Of a DNA stretch of 27,213 nucleotides, positions 26,429-27,213 are shown piece after piece. The DNA is from Fibrobacteria bacterium. GTDB lineage: Bacteria > Fibrobacterota > Fibrobacteria > UBA11236. Positions within the stretch are counted from its first letter, which is position 1, and every line of letters begins with the position of its first letter. The translations under genes were made by a program, and so were the position numbers. The notes below the pieces were generated by a model. That model saw only the letters and a list, made by a program, of their open reading frames with translations, did not search any database and was not told the origin of the DNA. The stretch is taken from positions 1-27,213 of the forward strand of contig JBJHDK010000030.1 of NCBI GenBank assembly GCA_050486505.1, given 5' to 3'.

Positions 26429-27128
26429 GAGGGGACTGCATCCAGTCGCACAAGGCCTTCATCCCCTCGCGATTGCCTGCATAAAGGTCCGGTGTTCCGT
26501 GCAGCGCGGATTCGGGTTGGATCCATGCTCCGGGCGCAAGATGGTAGCCGTCCGAAGCGGCGATCCAGGCCTCCACGGCTTCGGGGGTGATCTCGGGGTG
26601 GAACTGCAGGGCCACCACGCGGTCGTTCCAGACGAAGCCCTGGTTCGCGCAAGCCTCGGAACGGAACAGCGGGATCGCCCCGTCGGGAATGGCGAAGGTG
26701 TCTCCGTGCCAATGAAACGTGGTGAAGCGTTCCGGAAAGCAGCGGGCGACGGGATGGTTCGCGGCTTCGGGAAGACGTTCGACCGGCCACCAGCCGATCT
26801 CTCTGTGCCCGTTCGCGAAGACGCGCGCGCCCAGGGCGTCGGCGATCAGTTGCGCGCCGAGGCACAGCCCCAACACGGGTTTCCCCGCCGCGAGGGCGGC
26901 CCGCAACACATCCCTTTCGGAGGGAAGCCAGGGGTGTTCCCCCGCATCGTAAACCCCCATGGGTCCGCCGAGAACAACCAGAAAATCGAACGCATCGATT
27001 TCCGGAGGTCGCTCCCCGGCGAAGAAGCGGGTGAACGTGATGCTTGCGCCACGCGCCTCGAACATCGGGCCAAGGGCCGCAAGGTCTTCATGGGGAACGT
27101 GTTGGAAGACGTGGAGACGGAGTCGCAC
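26418..27128 (-). CDS. Type 1 glutamine amidotransferase (GMP-synthase GATase-like)
   Basis: HVFQHVPHE, VVLGGPMG, nucleophile motif GLCLGAQL, FHWHGD, LQFHPE. Start is probably GTG 27128; the longer ORF-track start runs through a palindrome. Confidence 0.92.
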   Translation of the reverse strand: MRLRLHVFQHVPHEDLAALGPMFEARGASITFTRFFAGERPPEIDAFDFLVVLGGPMGVYDAGEHPWLPSERDVLRAALAAGKPVLGLCLGAQLIADALGARVFANGHREIGWWPVERLPEAANHPVARCFPERFTTFHWHGDTFAIPDGAIPLFRSEACANQGFVWNDRVVALQFHPEITPEAVEAWIAASDGYHLAPGAWIQPESALHGTPDLYAGNREGMKALCDWMQSPPHS

Positions 27129-27171
27129 GCAACAAAGGTAAATGGGGCGGGTATGGGTGGCCGAGCCCTCC

Positions 27172-27199
27172 GTAAGGGCGACCTGCAGGTCGCCCTTAC
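27172..27199. repeat. REP-like perfect 28-bp palindrome, copy 2
   Basis: GTAAGGGCGACCTGCAGGTCGCCCTTAC is self-complementary and has the same 10-bp arms as the copy at 6950-6977. Confidence 0.85.
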
Positions 27200-27213
27200 A
27201 GGGAGGTTCCATG

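Overview
GC-rich bacterial chromosome segment, mostly housekeeping. T9SS-like sorting tails, Bacteroidota-style barrels and TAnnTTTG promoter boxes suggest an FCB-group organism, possibly Fibrobacterota; this is inference only. On the minus strand lies the thrS-infC-rpmI-rplT-pheS-pheT cluster, with pheT cut by the window edge and absent from the ORF track. It is followed by a divergent hisC and a minus-strand run: mnmA, lamin-tail protein, NPA-motif barrel, brnT/brnA, DUF1761, lipoprotein, xerC. Next come a putative porin, an M18 aminopeptidase, queD, a secreted diheme c-type cytochrome with a sorting-like tail ahead of a four-gene sugar ABC importer, an LCM-type methyltransferase, an HTTM-like membrane protein and a type 1 glutamine amidotransferase. 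The most interesting signals are: (i) three intergenic arrays of short 7/8-mer tandem repeats, two of them as inverted arms around a short spacer; (ii) two perfect 28-bp GTAA-capped REP-like palindromes with different cores; (iii) the exported diheme cytochrome plus sugar ABC locus with a LacI-type operator; (iv) a recurring TANNTT(TG) box 6-10 nt before start codons, suggesting widespread leaderless translation. All family assignments come from motif recognition by eye; no database searches were run.
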